A stretch of 53,676 nucleotides of DNA from a virus (Duplodnaviria > Caudoviricetes). The notes under the pieces were generated by a model, which searched no databases, had not been told where the DNA came from, and saw only the letters and a list, made by a program, of their open reading frames with translations. A program made the position numbers and the translations under genes. Location: IMG/VR virus record IMGVR_UViG_3300030101_001806, positions 1-53,676 of that record; one strand, given 5' to 3'. Every line of letters begins with the position of its first letter. Positions within the stretch are counted from its first letter, which is position 1. Shown piece after piece: positions 9,391 through 17,848 of this stretch.

Positions 9391-10313
9391 TAATTTGGGG
9401 AGCAGGACTCGCAGGTCTTCTAGCTGCAAATATGTTTAGGAAGTGGTCACCTGTAGTATATGAAAAGCAGGATTCACTTCCTAATAATCACAACGCATTA
9501 TTAAGATTTAGAACAAATCAAGTTGGCACTGCTTGTGCCATACCTTTTAAGAAAGTAAAGGTAACAAAAGCAATCAAATATGATAAGCAAATAATAACAG
9601 AACCAAATTTATTTTTTAGCAATATGTATTCTCAAAAGGTTACAGACTCTGTCCTCAGCAGATCCATAGATAATTTGGACCCAGTTGAAAGATATATATC
9701 CCCACAGAATTTAATAGAACAAATGTCTATTGGCATTGATATAGATTATAATGTTGAAGCAAACACAGAGTCATTATTTTATAGAAAAGAAAAAAGTTAT
9801 CCTGTAATATCTACATTGCCAATGCCACTAGCGATGAAGATGATTGATTGGGAGAACTTTCCTAATTTTAGAACTAACACAATCTGGTCACAAAGTTGTG
9901 AGATTGGAGATCCAGAAGTTAATATAAATCAAACTATTTATTATCCAGATCCATTGGTGCCTCAATATAGGATATCTATAGTTGGCAACATAGTAATAGC
10001 AGAATACAGATCTCAACCACCAAACACAGGTCAGATGATCCATGAGGCACTGTATGATGATTTTGGATTTAGAGTCAAAAGACTAATCAATCTGTCAACC
10101 AAAGAACAGAAGTATGGAAAGATTATGCCTATTGACGACAAGATAAGAAAAGACTTTATTTATACACTCACTGAGAAGTATAATATATATTCTGTCGGAA
10201 GATTTGCAACTTGGCGACAGTTGTTGTTAGATGATGTTGTTAATGATATCAGTGTTATTGAAAGATTAATTAATGGCAACTCTAATTATAATTTTAGAAA
10301 GGAAATGATATGA
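9387..10313 (+). CDS. FAD-dependent oxidoreductase, UDP-galactopyranose mutase/PPO-like fold
   Basis: N-terminal GAGLAG...VYEK dinucleotide-binding motif; C-terminal IYSVGRFATW..LLDDVV resembles the UGM GRxxxY/W motif. Confidence 0.7.
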   Translation: MIIWGAGLAGLLAANMFRKWSPVVYEKQDSLPNNHNALLRFRTNQVGTACAIPFKKVKVTKAIKYDKQIITEPNLFFSNMYSQKVTDSVLSRSIDNLDPVERYISPQNLIEQMSIGIDIDYNVEANTESLFYRKEKSYPVISTLPMPLAMKMIDWENFPNFRTNTIWSQSCEIGDPEVNINQTIYYPDPLVPQYRISIVGNIVIAEYRSQPPNTGQMIHEALYDDFGFRVKRLINLSTKEQKYGKIMPIDDKIRKDFIYTLTEKYNIYSVGRFATWRQLLLDDVVNDISVIERLINGNSNYNFRKEMI

Positions 10314-10969
10314 AAGTAAAATTAATTAATGCGACTAGTGATGCAGTAGATTTATTGCTGTTCACTAAGAACACCAGACTCATGAATGATGAAGGTGCTT
10401 ATGATAAAATAAAGGCATGGCCACAAGAGCAAAAAGATGAGCATCTTGATTACATGCTCAACACCATTAAATCTTCTTGGGAATTTATTGATTACACATT
10501 TGATATTAGAGATGTGTCAAGAGGATTCACTCATCAGTTTGTTAGAACCAGACAAGGATCTTATGCTCAACAATCTCAGAGAACTGTAGACATGACAGGT
10601 TTTGAATATTACACTCCAGAAAGAATTATTGCAGATGGCATGGCAAAAGAGATCTATGATGGCACAATGGAAATAATCAACCAAAGATATCAACAGTTGA
10701 TAACAGCAGGTGTTCCTGCAGAAGATGCCAGAGGAATATTGCCAACTAATATTTATACAAATATAGTTGCAAAATTTAATCTTAGAACTTTACATGAGAT
10801 GGCAAAGAGTAGATTGAGTCCAAGAGCACAAGGTGAATATCGTGAAGTGTTTACAATGATGGTTGCTGAAGTTGTAAAAGAACATCCATGGGCAAAACCA
10901 TTCTTAACACCTAAAGAGTGGGCAGCACCATCAATGGCCAGATCTCTCAATCCAGAGGTAAAGTCATGA
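10310..10969 (+). CDS. thyX: Divergent ThyX (flavin-dependent thymidylate synthase) homolog
   Basis: VSRGFTHQFVRTRQGSYAQQSQR, EDARGILP, NLRTL..SRL..AQGEYR; the RHR motif reads RTR. Confidence 0.85.
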   Translation: MKVKLINATSDAVDLLLFTKNTRLMNDEGAYDKIKAWPQEQKDEHLDYMLNTIKSSWEFIDYTFDIRDVSRGFTHQFVRTRQGSYAQQSQRTVDMTGFEYYTPERIIADGMAKEIYDGTMEIINQRYQQLITAGVPAEDARGILPTNIYTNIVAKFNLRTLHEMAKSRLSPRAQGEYREVFTMMVAEVVKEHPWAKPFLTPKEWAAPSMARSLNPEVKS

Positions 10970-11484
10970 ACATATTTTATTTAGATAGAGATCCAGGAAC
11001 TGCTGCAGCAATGCATTGTGATAAGCATGTTGTTAAAATGATATTAGAAACAGCACAAATGCTTTCCACTGCTCACAGAGTTTTAGATGGTGATGAGCCA
11101 GCAGATGAAGTTGGTCTGTATAAAAGAGCATTTGAAAATCATCCATGTTCTATATGGTTGAGGGATTGTGTGACTAATTATATGTGGGGATATAATCTTT
11201 TCACTTCACTATTAAAAGAGTACACAAGAAGATATAAAAAATTTCATGCCTCAAATAGATTATCAAATCTTTTAAGTTATGAACCAGATAACATTGCTAA
11301 GTTTAAATGGCAATGTAATATGGATGCACCAATGTCTTGGTTGGGAGTTACAGAACCACCACAATGCATGCCAGATAAATATAAATGCGAAGATCCTGTT
11401 CAAGCATACAGGAATTATTATCTTGGTGAAAAAATGTATATGGCTGTCTGGACAGAAAGAGAGGTGCCACAATGGATACAATAG
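10966..11484 (+). CDS. Pyrimidine-dimer DNA glycosylase-like protein (DenV/Pyr_excise-related)
   Basis: MNIFYLD...HCDKHVVKMILETAQMLST...NHPC..W...PPQCMPD.YK..DPVQAYRNYY; start at ATGA overlap 10966. Confidence 0.75.
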   Translation: MNIFYLDRDPGTAAAMHCDKHVVKMILETAQMLSTAHRVLDGDEPADEVGLYKRAFENHPCSIWLRDCVTNYMWGYNLFTSLLKEYTRRYKKFHASNRLSNLLSYEPDNIAKFKWQCNMDAPMSWLGVTEPPQCMPDKYKCEDPVQAYRNYYLGEKMYMAVWTEREVPQWIQ

Positions 11485-11936
11485 AAACAGATAATAATCT
11501 CTTTAGAAAGAAGATAATCATAACAGATCTAGATGGCACAATATCAGATTGCACTCATAGGTTAAAGCATTATAAAAAGAATAATTATTTTAAATTTAAT
11601 GAACTTGGTTCTGAAGATTTACCTATAACACCAATCGTCAATATTTTAAGGAACTGTAAAAGTCAAGACAATGATGTTGTTGTTATCACTGCTCGTGATG
11701 AATACCACAGACCAGCAACTCTTGACTGGCTGAAAAGATATGACATTCCTTGTGACAATTTATTGATGAGACCATCTGATGATAACAGGTATGATGATGA
11801 AGTCAAACTAGATCTCTTTGAAAGAAATTATGAAAAGGAAGATGTTTGGTTTGTTCTTGAAGATAGACAGATGGTAGTCAATATGTGGCGAAGTTTAGGT
11901 CTCACTTGTTTACAACCAGCTCCAGGAGATTTTTAA
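11472..11936 (+). CDS. HAD-family phosphatase (like the T4 Pnkp 3'-phosphatase domain)
   Basis: DLDGTI, ITAR, LLMRP..D.R.D..VK, EDRQMVVNMWRSLGLTCLQ. Confidence 0.85.
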   Translation: MDTIETDNNLFRKKIIITDLDGTISDCTHRLKHYKKNNYFKFNELGSEDLPITPIVNILRNCKSQDNDVVVITARDEYHRPATLDWLKRYDIPCDNLLMRPSDDNRYDDEVKLDLFERNYEKEDVWFVLEDRQMVVNMWRSLGLTCLQPAPGDF

Positions 11937-12118
11937 TGGGAATAAGAATAATAAATAATGACATTGAAATAGATGGCGAAAAGGTTGCTCGCATATTTGA
12001 TGTTCGACCAACTTTAAAAGATCGACTAATTCAAATTATCGAAAATGCAGATGACCATGAAGAAGAGATCCAAAAAGCATATGAGAGAGGAAAGGAGGAT
12101 GCCCAATACGATGAATAA
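11936..12118 (+). CDS. Hypothetical small protein
   Basis: TAATG coupling; 60 aa, MGIRIINN... Confidence 0.6.
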   Translation: MGIRIINNDIEIDGEKVARIFDVRPTLKDRLIQIIENADDHEEEIQKAYERGKEDAQYDE

Positions 12119-12410
12119 AAGTCCAGCGAAAATTTTAGAGGAGATGGCTGACACTTTCCGTGAGAGAAACAAGGTCTATGGAGATAACTGGAAAGTTGTT
12201 GGAGAAGTCATGACGTCATTATTTCCGAATGGTGTTGTTCTTAAAACTGAAGAAGATTATAATATATGGCATCTGTTTGAACTTCTTGTTGTTAAGATAA
12301 CAAGGTTTGCTAACAGTGAATTGAAGCATCAAGACTCAATTCATGACACTGCAGTTTATGCAGCAATGATTGAGGGAATGATTACTAAGTTAAAGAAAGG
12401 AAAAAATTAA
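12099..12410 (+). CDS. Nmad1/DUF6378-like all-alpha protein; putative nucleotide pyrophosphohydrolase
   Basis: ERNKVYGDNW...LLVVKITR...HQDSIHDTAVYAAM; alternative start at 12111. Confidence 0.6.
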   Translation: MPNTMNKSPAKILEEMADTFRERNKVYGDNWKVVGEVMTSLFPNGVVLKTEEDYNIWHLFELLVVKITRFANSELKHQDSIHDTAVYAAMIEGMITKLKKGKN

Positions 12411-13084
12411 TGAGTAATATTTTAATAACTGGCACTGGCAAAGGTCTTGGCAAAGCCATGAAAGAAGAATTAGAAAAACAAGGTCATTCAATTATAGATT
12501 ATAATTTAGAAGATGGGAATGATGTAAGAACAACCAAAGATTTAATAATGTGGGAAAACATCGATGTGTTAATAAATAATGCTGGTGTTAATCTTATAGA
12601 TTGGTTGGAGAACTTTGAAGAAGATATGTGGGACAAAGTTATGGATACAAATGCCAAAGGTATTTATATGATGACCAAAGCATGTCTGCCAAGTCTAATT
12701 AGGAGAAAAGGAACGATCCTAAATATAGTCAGCAATGCAGCCCACATGCCAATGACTTGTTCTCTTGCTTACAATGCATCCAAAGGTGCAGCCCATATAA
12801 TGACTTTGCAGTTGGCTCGTGAATTAACAAAAAAGCATGGCATAACAGTTTTTGGAATAGCACCAAACAAATTAAAAGGAACTGGAATGAGTGATGCAAT
12901 AGATGACCAAGTTGTAAAAACTCGTGGCTGGACAAAAGAATATGCTCAACAATATCAAATCAATGGATTATTGACAGGTGAAGAAACACCACCACAAAGG
13001 TTAGCAGAGTTTGTTGCATTTCTACTTCAATCAAAAGAACACCACAAATATTTAACTGGTTGTATTTTACCATATGGAGCATAA
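12410..13084 (+). CDS. Classical short-chain dehydrogenase/reductase (SDR)
   Basis: ITGTGKGLG, INNAG, catalytic Ser (IVSNA) and YNASK. Confidence 0.92.
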   Translation: MSNILITGTGKGLGKAMKEELEKQGHSIIDYNLEDGNDVRTTKDLIMWENIDVLINNAGVNLIDWLENFEEDMWDKVMDTNAKGIYMMTKACLPSLIRRKGTILNIVSNAAHMPMTCSLAYNASKGAAHIMTLQLARELTKKHGITVFGIAPNKLKGTGMSDAIDDQVVKTRGWTKEYAQQYQINGLLTGEETPPQRLAEFVAFLLQSKEHHKYLTGCILPYGA

Positions 13085-13085
13085 T

Positions 13086-13565
13086 ATGAAATTTAAAATA
13101 GAACAGATAGCGATCCGTCCAAAACATCCTATTCGTGCAAAACAATTACTTTCTGAGATAGGTGCAGTAGATTGGTCAGAAGACCATGTTGTTGCCACTG
13201 GTAAAGTTTTTGGTCATGAGGGAACTAATGAAGCAGACTTGTCTTTTAACTATGAAATATTTGATGGCAAAGAGTTTGAGATTTTAAATTATACCAAAGG
13301 AAGAAATTGGATTGATTCAACGCATCCTGAGGGAAATGTAGTCAGCCATCTTGGCATGCATTGTTCAGCAGAAGAACTTGAAAAATGGAAAGAATTTTTT
13401 CACCAGAGAGCAATTAAAATTTCTCAAGAGGTTTTTACAGACTCACACACTAATCCTGTCATAGCAGGAAAAAGGTCATATAATTATGTTATCTTTGACA
13501 CAAGATCAATACTTGGTGTGGATCTTAAATTTATTGTTAGGATTAATAAAGATGATAGTCTTTGA
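13086..13565 (+). CDS. VOC/glyoxalase-fold protein (epimerase- or isomerase-like)
   Basis: IEQIAI...EFEILNY...VSHLGMH...YVIFDTRSILGVDLKFI pattern resembles methylmalonyl-CoA-epimerase-like VOC proteins. Confidence 0.55.
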   Translation: MKFKIEQIAIRPKHPIRAKQLLSEIGAVDWSEDHVVATGKVFGHEGTNEADLSFNYEIFDGKEFEILNYTKGRNWIDSTHPEGNVVSHLGMHCSAEELEKWKEFFHQRAIKISQEVFTDSHTNPVIAGKRSYNYVIFDTRSILGVDLKFIVRINKDDSL

Positions 13566-14085
13566 TTTAGAAACAACAGGTCTTCCAAAAGCAGAAGGAT
13601 CTGATTTAGATATTCAGCCAAGAATTATAGAGTTTGGTGCTATAAAGATTGATGATGATTTTAATGAAATTGGAAGACTGCAGTTTTTGTGCAGTCCTGG
13701 ATTTGCTTTGGATCCATATATAATTAAGCTGACTAAAATTACAGATGACATGCTTGAAGACAAAAAACCTTTTTTAGGATATTACAAAGAACTCTGTGAC
13801 TTTTTTTTAGGAGAAAAATTTCTTTGTGCTCACAATCTTGCTTTTGACAGAAAGATATTAAGGTTTGAACTTGAAAGAGCAGATAAGACTTGTAAATTCC
13901 CATGGCCACCAGAACATTACTGTACCATTGAGATAGGTCAGTCAGTCTGGGGAAAGATGAGAAAGCTAACAGAACTTTATAAAGAAGTAACTGGTAAAGA
14001 CCATGTTGGTGCTCACAGATCTTTAGATGATGTTGAAGCAACGATAGAAATTTTGAAGTGGTATAAAAAAGAAGGTCACATATGA
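13552..14085 (+). CDS. DEDDh 3'-5' exonuclease (DnaQ/epsilon-like)
   Basis: FDLETTG, AHNLAFD, AHRSLDDV; ATGA-coupled to dnaE. Confidence 0.92.
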   Translation: MIVFDLETTGLPKAEGSDLDIQPRIIEFGAIKIDDDFNEIGRLQFLCSPGFALDPYIIKLTKITDDMLEDKKPFLGYYKELCDFFLGEKFLCAHNLAFDRKILRFELERADKTCKFPWPPEHYCTIEIGQSVWGKMRKLTELYKEVTGKDHVGAHRSLDDVEATIEILKWYKKEGHI

Positions 14086-16895
14086 TAAATCTTAGAACAA
14101 GGACTGAATATTCTTTTAGAACTGCATATGGTCCAATAGATAAAATAATATCTGATTGTAAGCAGGACTCTATGGGAATTTGCGATATGGGAACTTGGGG
14201 TCATGTTGCTTTTGATTCAGCTTGTAGAAAGGCAGAGAAGAAACCTATCTTTGGAGTAGAACTGGCAGTTGTCGAAGATGCAACAGACAGAAGTAAACAG
14301 CCAATAAACCTTATGGGATTTATAGCCAAGAACAATCAAGGTCTCCAAGAACTTTATCAGCTTGTTACAAAAGCAACAGACCCATCAAGATTTTATTATG
14401 TGCCAAGATTAAGTTATGAAGATTTATTTGACGTAAGCAAAAATATAATCATGCTCTCTGGAACTAATCCTATGTGGGGATCTTTACCACTAACTAACAA
14501 AGAAAATCTTTACATAGAATTAAATCCAATGACAACTAAAAAGTCTTTAAACTGGGCAGAAGAAAAAGGTTTTAGAGTCGTTGCAACAAGTGATAATTTT
14601 TTCCCAAAAGTTACAGACAGAAAAGTTTATGAAGTTTTGACAGGTCGAAACAGATATGACAGAACAAAGCCAATGCATATATTAGATGATTGGGAACTCA
14701 GGGATATGATTCCTTGGATACCAGATGAAGCATTTGAGAACACTCACAGGATTGCAGACATGTGTAATGTTGAACTGCCATCTGCTAAAATGATGAGTTA
14801 CGAATCAAAAAAGACTTTAAAACAAATGTGTGAGGAAAATGCAAAGCCAAGAGGAATAGATCTAAAAGATCCAGTTTACAAAGCAAGATTGAAAAGAGAA
14901 CTTGACATGATTGCTGAAAAACAGTTTGAAGATTATTTCTATGTAATATCTGATATGATTAATTATGCAAAAAAGCATATGTTGGTTGGACCAGCAAGAG
15001 GATCTTCTGCTGGATCTTTAGTTTGTTATTTATTAAATATTACAGATGTTGATCCATTAAAGTATGATTTATTGTTTGAAAGATTTATTGATATCACTCG
15101 CAAAGATCTTCCTGATATAGATATAGACTTTCAAGATGACAGAAGAGAAATGGTGATACAATATTTAATAGATAAATATGGAATGGAAAAAGTTGCACAT
15201 TTAGGAACTGTTTCTCGTTACAAAGCCAAAAGCACAATAACAGAAGTTGCTAAGGAACTTGGTGTGCCAGCATGGGAAGTAAATGATTTAAAAGGTGCAA
15301 TCATAGAAAGAAGTTCAGGTGATGCTCGTGCAGCAATGTGCATAATGGATACATTCAATGATTTAGAGATTGGCAGAACTGTTTTAAAAAAATATCCTCA
15401 AATGAGAATAGCTGAACATATGGAAAATCATGCTCGTCACAATGGTGTTCATGCTGCAGGAATAATTGTAACAGAAGAACCAGTCCACAAATATTGCTCT
15501 GTAAATATGCAAAATGGTGCAGCACAGATAGATAAGCACGATGCAGAAAGATTAAATCTTCTTAAAATTGATGCTTTAGGTTTGAGAACTTTATCAATAT
15601 TGCAAGATGTTTTGGATCAAGTTGGTTGGGAAAGAGAGAAATTAATTAATTGGAAACTTGACGATGATGATGCTTTCAAAGTTTTAAATGATGAAAAATA
15701 TGCAGGAATATTTCAGTTTGAAGGATATGCACTTCAGTCTCTTACAAGGCAGATGAAGATTGTAAATTTTGAAGATGTGGCATCAATTACTGCTCTTGCT
15801 CGTCCTGGACCATTGAACTCTGGTGGCACAACTCAATTTATAAAAAGAAGAGTTGGAGATGCACCAACAGAATATATGCATCCAATGACAGAAGAAATAA
15901 CAAAAGTTACTTTTGGTGTTGTTGTTTATCAAGAGCAGGTGATGAACATAGCCAGAGATGTTGGTAAGTTAAGTTGGGAAGATGTATCTCAATTAAGAAA
16001 GGCAATGTCAAAATCTTATGGTGAAGAGTTTTTTGACAGGTATTGGCAAAGATTTAAAGTTGGTGCTGAGGAAAATGGCATTGATGAAGACCAAGCACTG
16101 AAGATCTGGAAGAACATTAATACAATGGGATCTTGGGCATTTAATCGCAGTCATGCTATATCCTATGGTTTGGTCAGTTATTGGTGTTGTGTATTGAAAG
16201 CCAAGTTCCCACTTGAGTTTGCTGCAGCATGTTTAAGAAATGTTAAGGATGAAGAGCAAGGAATAAGACTATTAAGAGAAGTTGTAAATGAAGGATTAAA
16301 ATACAAACCTTTTGACAGATTTAAATCAGAAATAAATTGGTCTGTGCAAGATGGAGAACTTATTGGTGGATTGATAGGAATAAAAGGCATTGGACCAAAA
16401 ATGGCAGAAGACATAATGAACAGAAGAGAAAGCAGTCAACCTCTAACTCCAAGGCAGGATCGTCTTTTAAACGAGGGAGAAACACCATACGACGATATAT
16501 TTGAGTGTGAAAGGAGGTTTGGTCATATGAAGAAAAATCCAGAGAAACATGGCATTAAAACGAGGATTATTAATATACAGGATCTCGAAGCAGATACTCC
16601 AGGAACATATGTATTTTTTGGCAAGTTAAAAGAAAAGAACTTGAGAGATATGAATGAAACAGTTAATCTAGCAAAGAGAGGTGGTCGCAGAGTAGATACA
16701 CATAATCTCTGGTTGAACATGACTTTTGAGGATGATACTGGTCCAATCATATCAACCATCGATAGGTTTAAATATCCAAAATTAGGCATACCAATAGTTG
16801 AAGAAGGCAGGATTGGTGATTGGTATTTAGTCAAAGGAATAATAAAACAAGGATTCAGAAAGATCTATGTTGAGAGAGTTCGTAAACTTACATAA
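14082..16895 (+). CDS. dnaE: DNA polymerase III alpha subunit (family C)
   Basis: GPARGSSAGSLV, LLFERF, PDIDIDF, HAAG, KIDALGL, IFQFE, RPGPL, YQEQVM, FNRSHA. Confidence 0.97.
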   Translation: MINLRTRTEYSFRTAYGPIDKIISDCKQDSMGICDMGTWGHVAFDSACRKAEKKPIFGVELAVVEDATDRSKQPINLMGFIAKNNQGLQELYQLVTKATDPSRFYYVPRLSYEDLFDVSKNIIMLSGTNPMWGSLPLTNKENLYIELNPMTTKKSLNWAEEKGFRVVATSDNFFPKVTDRKVYEVLTGRNRYDRTKPMHILDDWELRDMIPWIPDEAFENTHRIADMCNVELPSAKMMSYESKKTLKQMCEENAKPRGIDLKDPVYKARLKRELDMIAEKQFEDYFYVISDMINYAKKHMLVGPARGSSAGSLVCYLLNITDVDPLKYDLLFERFIDITRKDLPDIDIDFQDDRREMVIQYLIDKYGMEKVAHLGTVSRYKAKSTITEVAKELGVPAWEVNDLKGAIIERSSGDARAAMCIMDTFNDLEIGRTVLKKYPQMRIAEHMENHARHNGVHAAGIIVTEEPVHKYCSVNMQNGAAQIDKHDAERLNLLKIDALGLRTLSILQDVLDQVGWEREKLINWKLDDDDAFKVLNDEKYAGIFQFEGYALQSLTRQMKIVNFEDVASITALARPGPLNSGGTTQFIKRRVGDAPTEYMHPMTEEITKVTFGVVVYQEQVMNIARDVGKLSWEDVSQLRKAMSKSYGEEFFDRYWQRFKVGAEENGIDEDQALKIWKNINTMGSWAFNRSHAISYGLVSYWCCVLKAKFPLEFAAACLRNVKDEEQGIRLLREVVNEGLKYKPFDRFKSEINWSVQDGELIGGLIGIKGIGPKMAEDIMNRRESSQPLTPRQDRLLNEGETPYDDIFECERRFGHMKKNPEKHGIKTRIINIQDLEADTPGTYVFFGKLKEKNLRDMNETVNLAKRGGRRVDTHNLWLNMTFEDDTGPIISTIDRFKYPKLGIPIVEEGRIGDWYLVKGIIKQGFRKIYVERVRKLT

Positions 16896-16937
16896 GTCAT
16901 TGATTTTATTGAATAATAAAAATAATTCTTTTTTTAC

Positions 16938-16991
16938 TTTACTTTCTGGCCAGAATAAGCGATACTATAGGTAACTGAGAAAGGAAACTAT
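16938..16991 (+). promoter_or_regulatory. Sigma70-like early promoter plus RBS (copy 4)
   Basis: TTTACT(16938)-N17-GATACT(16961)...TGAGAAAGGAAA...ATG 16992. Confidence 0.8.
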
Positions 16992-17138
16992 ATGAATAAT
17001 TATCAAATATATAAAGCTGAAAATTGGGGAAATGCTCATAAATGGGCAGTATCTCTTAATGGTAAAGTTTTGGATATATTCAGAACTAAAAAAGAAGCAC
17101 AGGTATATTTAAATAATTTTAGAAAGGAAAATATATGA
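16992..17138 (+). CDS. Small hypothetical protein (48 aa; not in ORF track)
   Basis: MNNYQIYKAENWGNAHKWAVSLNGKVLDIFRTKKEAQVYLNNFRKENI; strong RBS; ATGA-coupled to the next gene. Confidence 0.75.
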   Translation: MNNYQIYKAENWGNAHKWAVSLNGKVLDIFRTKKEAQVYLNNFRKENI

Positions 17139-17653
17139 TTAGTAAATTTACAGTAAAGCCAAGACAGATTACAGACTGGATGGGCAATATAAGAAAGACT
17201 TGGTGTGGTCCATATGCACTGGCTGTTCTTACAGGAACTCATTATGAGTTTGCTTACAGGACATTAAAAGAGATCCGAAGAAAAAGATCGACTGCAGGTG
17301 TCACAAATAAAAATATGATGTCAGCATTCAAAAATTTAAATGTCAAATATAAGCACACTAAATTAGACAAAAGAAAAAAGCTGGCAAATTATATCAACGA
17401 TGATTTGGCACCAAACAAAGTCTATTTGGTTCAGATAACAAAACATTATCTTATTATTGACACAAGAGATTGTACAACAATAGATAATCAGATTCCACAA
17501 TGGAATGACATGCACTCGACAAAACATTCTAAGAAATTAGTCTGCGAAGTTTTCGAGATCTTAAATCCAAACTTTGATCCATATCACCAAAACATGGATT
17601 TTAGGTTTGATGAGACTAATCAAGAAAAAGAAAAATTAGTCGCAAAATCTTAG
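17135..17653 (+). CDS. Putative papain-fold (C39-like) cysteine peptidase
   Basis: TWCGPYALAVLTG...HYLIID gives Cys-His-Asp order. Confidence 0.5.
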   Translation: MISKFTVKPRQITDWMGNIRKTWCGPYALAVLTGTHYEFAYRTLKEIRRKRSTAGVTNKNMMSAFKNLNVKYKHTKLDKRKKLANYINDDLAPNKVYLVQITKHYLIIDTRDCTTIDNQIPQWNDMHSTKHSKKLVCEVFEILNPNFDPYHQNMDFRFDETNQEKEKLVAKS

Positions 17654-17660
17654 GTGTAAT

Positions 17661-17692
17661 CATACATGGGAGAAATTAATCTCCCATGTATG
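17661..17692 (+). terminator. 13-bp perfect hairpin (terminator-like, no clear U tract)
   Basis: CATACATGGGAGA-AATTAA-TCTCCCATGTATG. Confidence 0.55.
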
Positions 17693-17791
17693 CCCATTAA
17701 AACACGATTATTTCTACCAATATTAAACTCCTATAACATATTAATATAATTATCTTTTTTTAAACTTTCTTTTAAATAGTTATTTTTTTAC

Positions 17792-17848
17792 TTTACTTTT
17801 GGCCAGAAATAAACGATACTATATATATCATTGAGAAAGGAAATTATT
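17792..17848 (+). promoter_or_regulatory. Sigma70-like early promoter plus RBS (copy 5)
   Basis: TTTACT(17792)-N17-GATACT(17815)...TGAGAAAGGAAA...ATG 17849. Confidence 0.8.
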
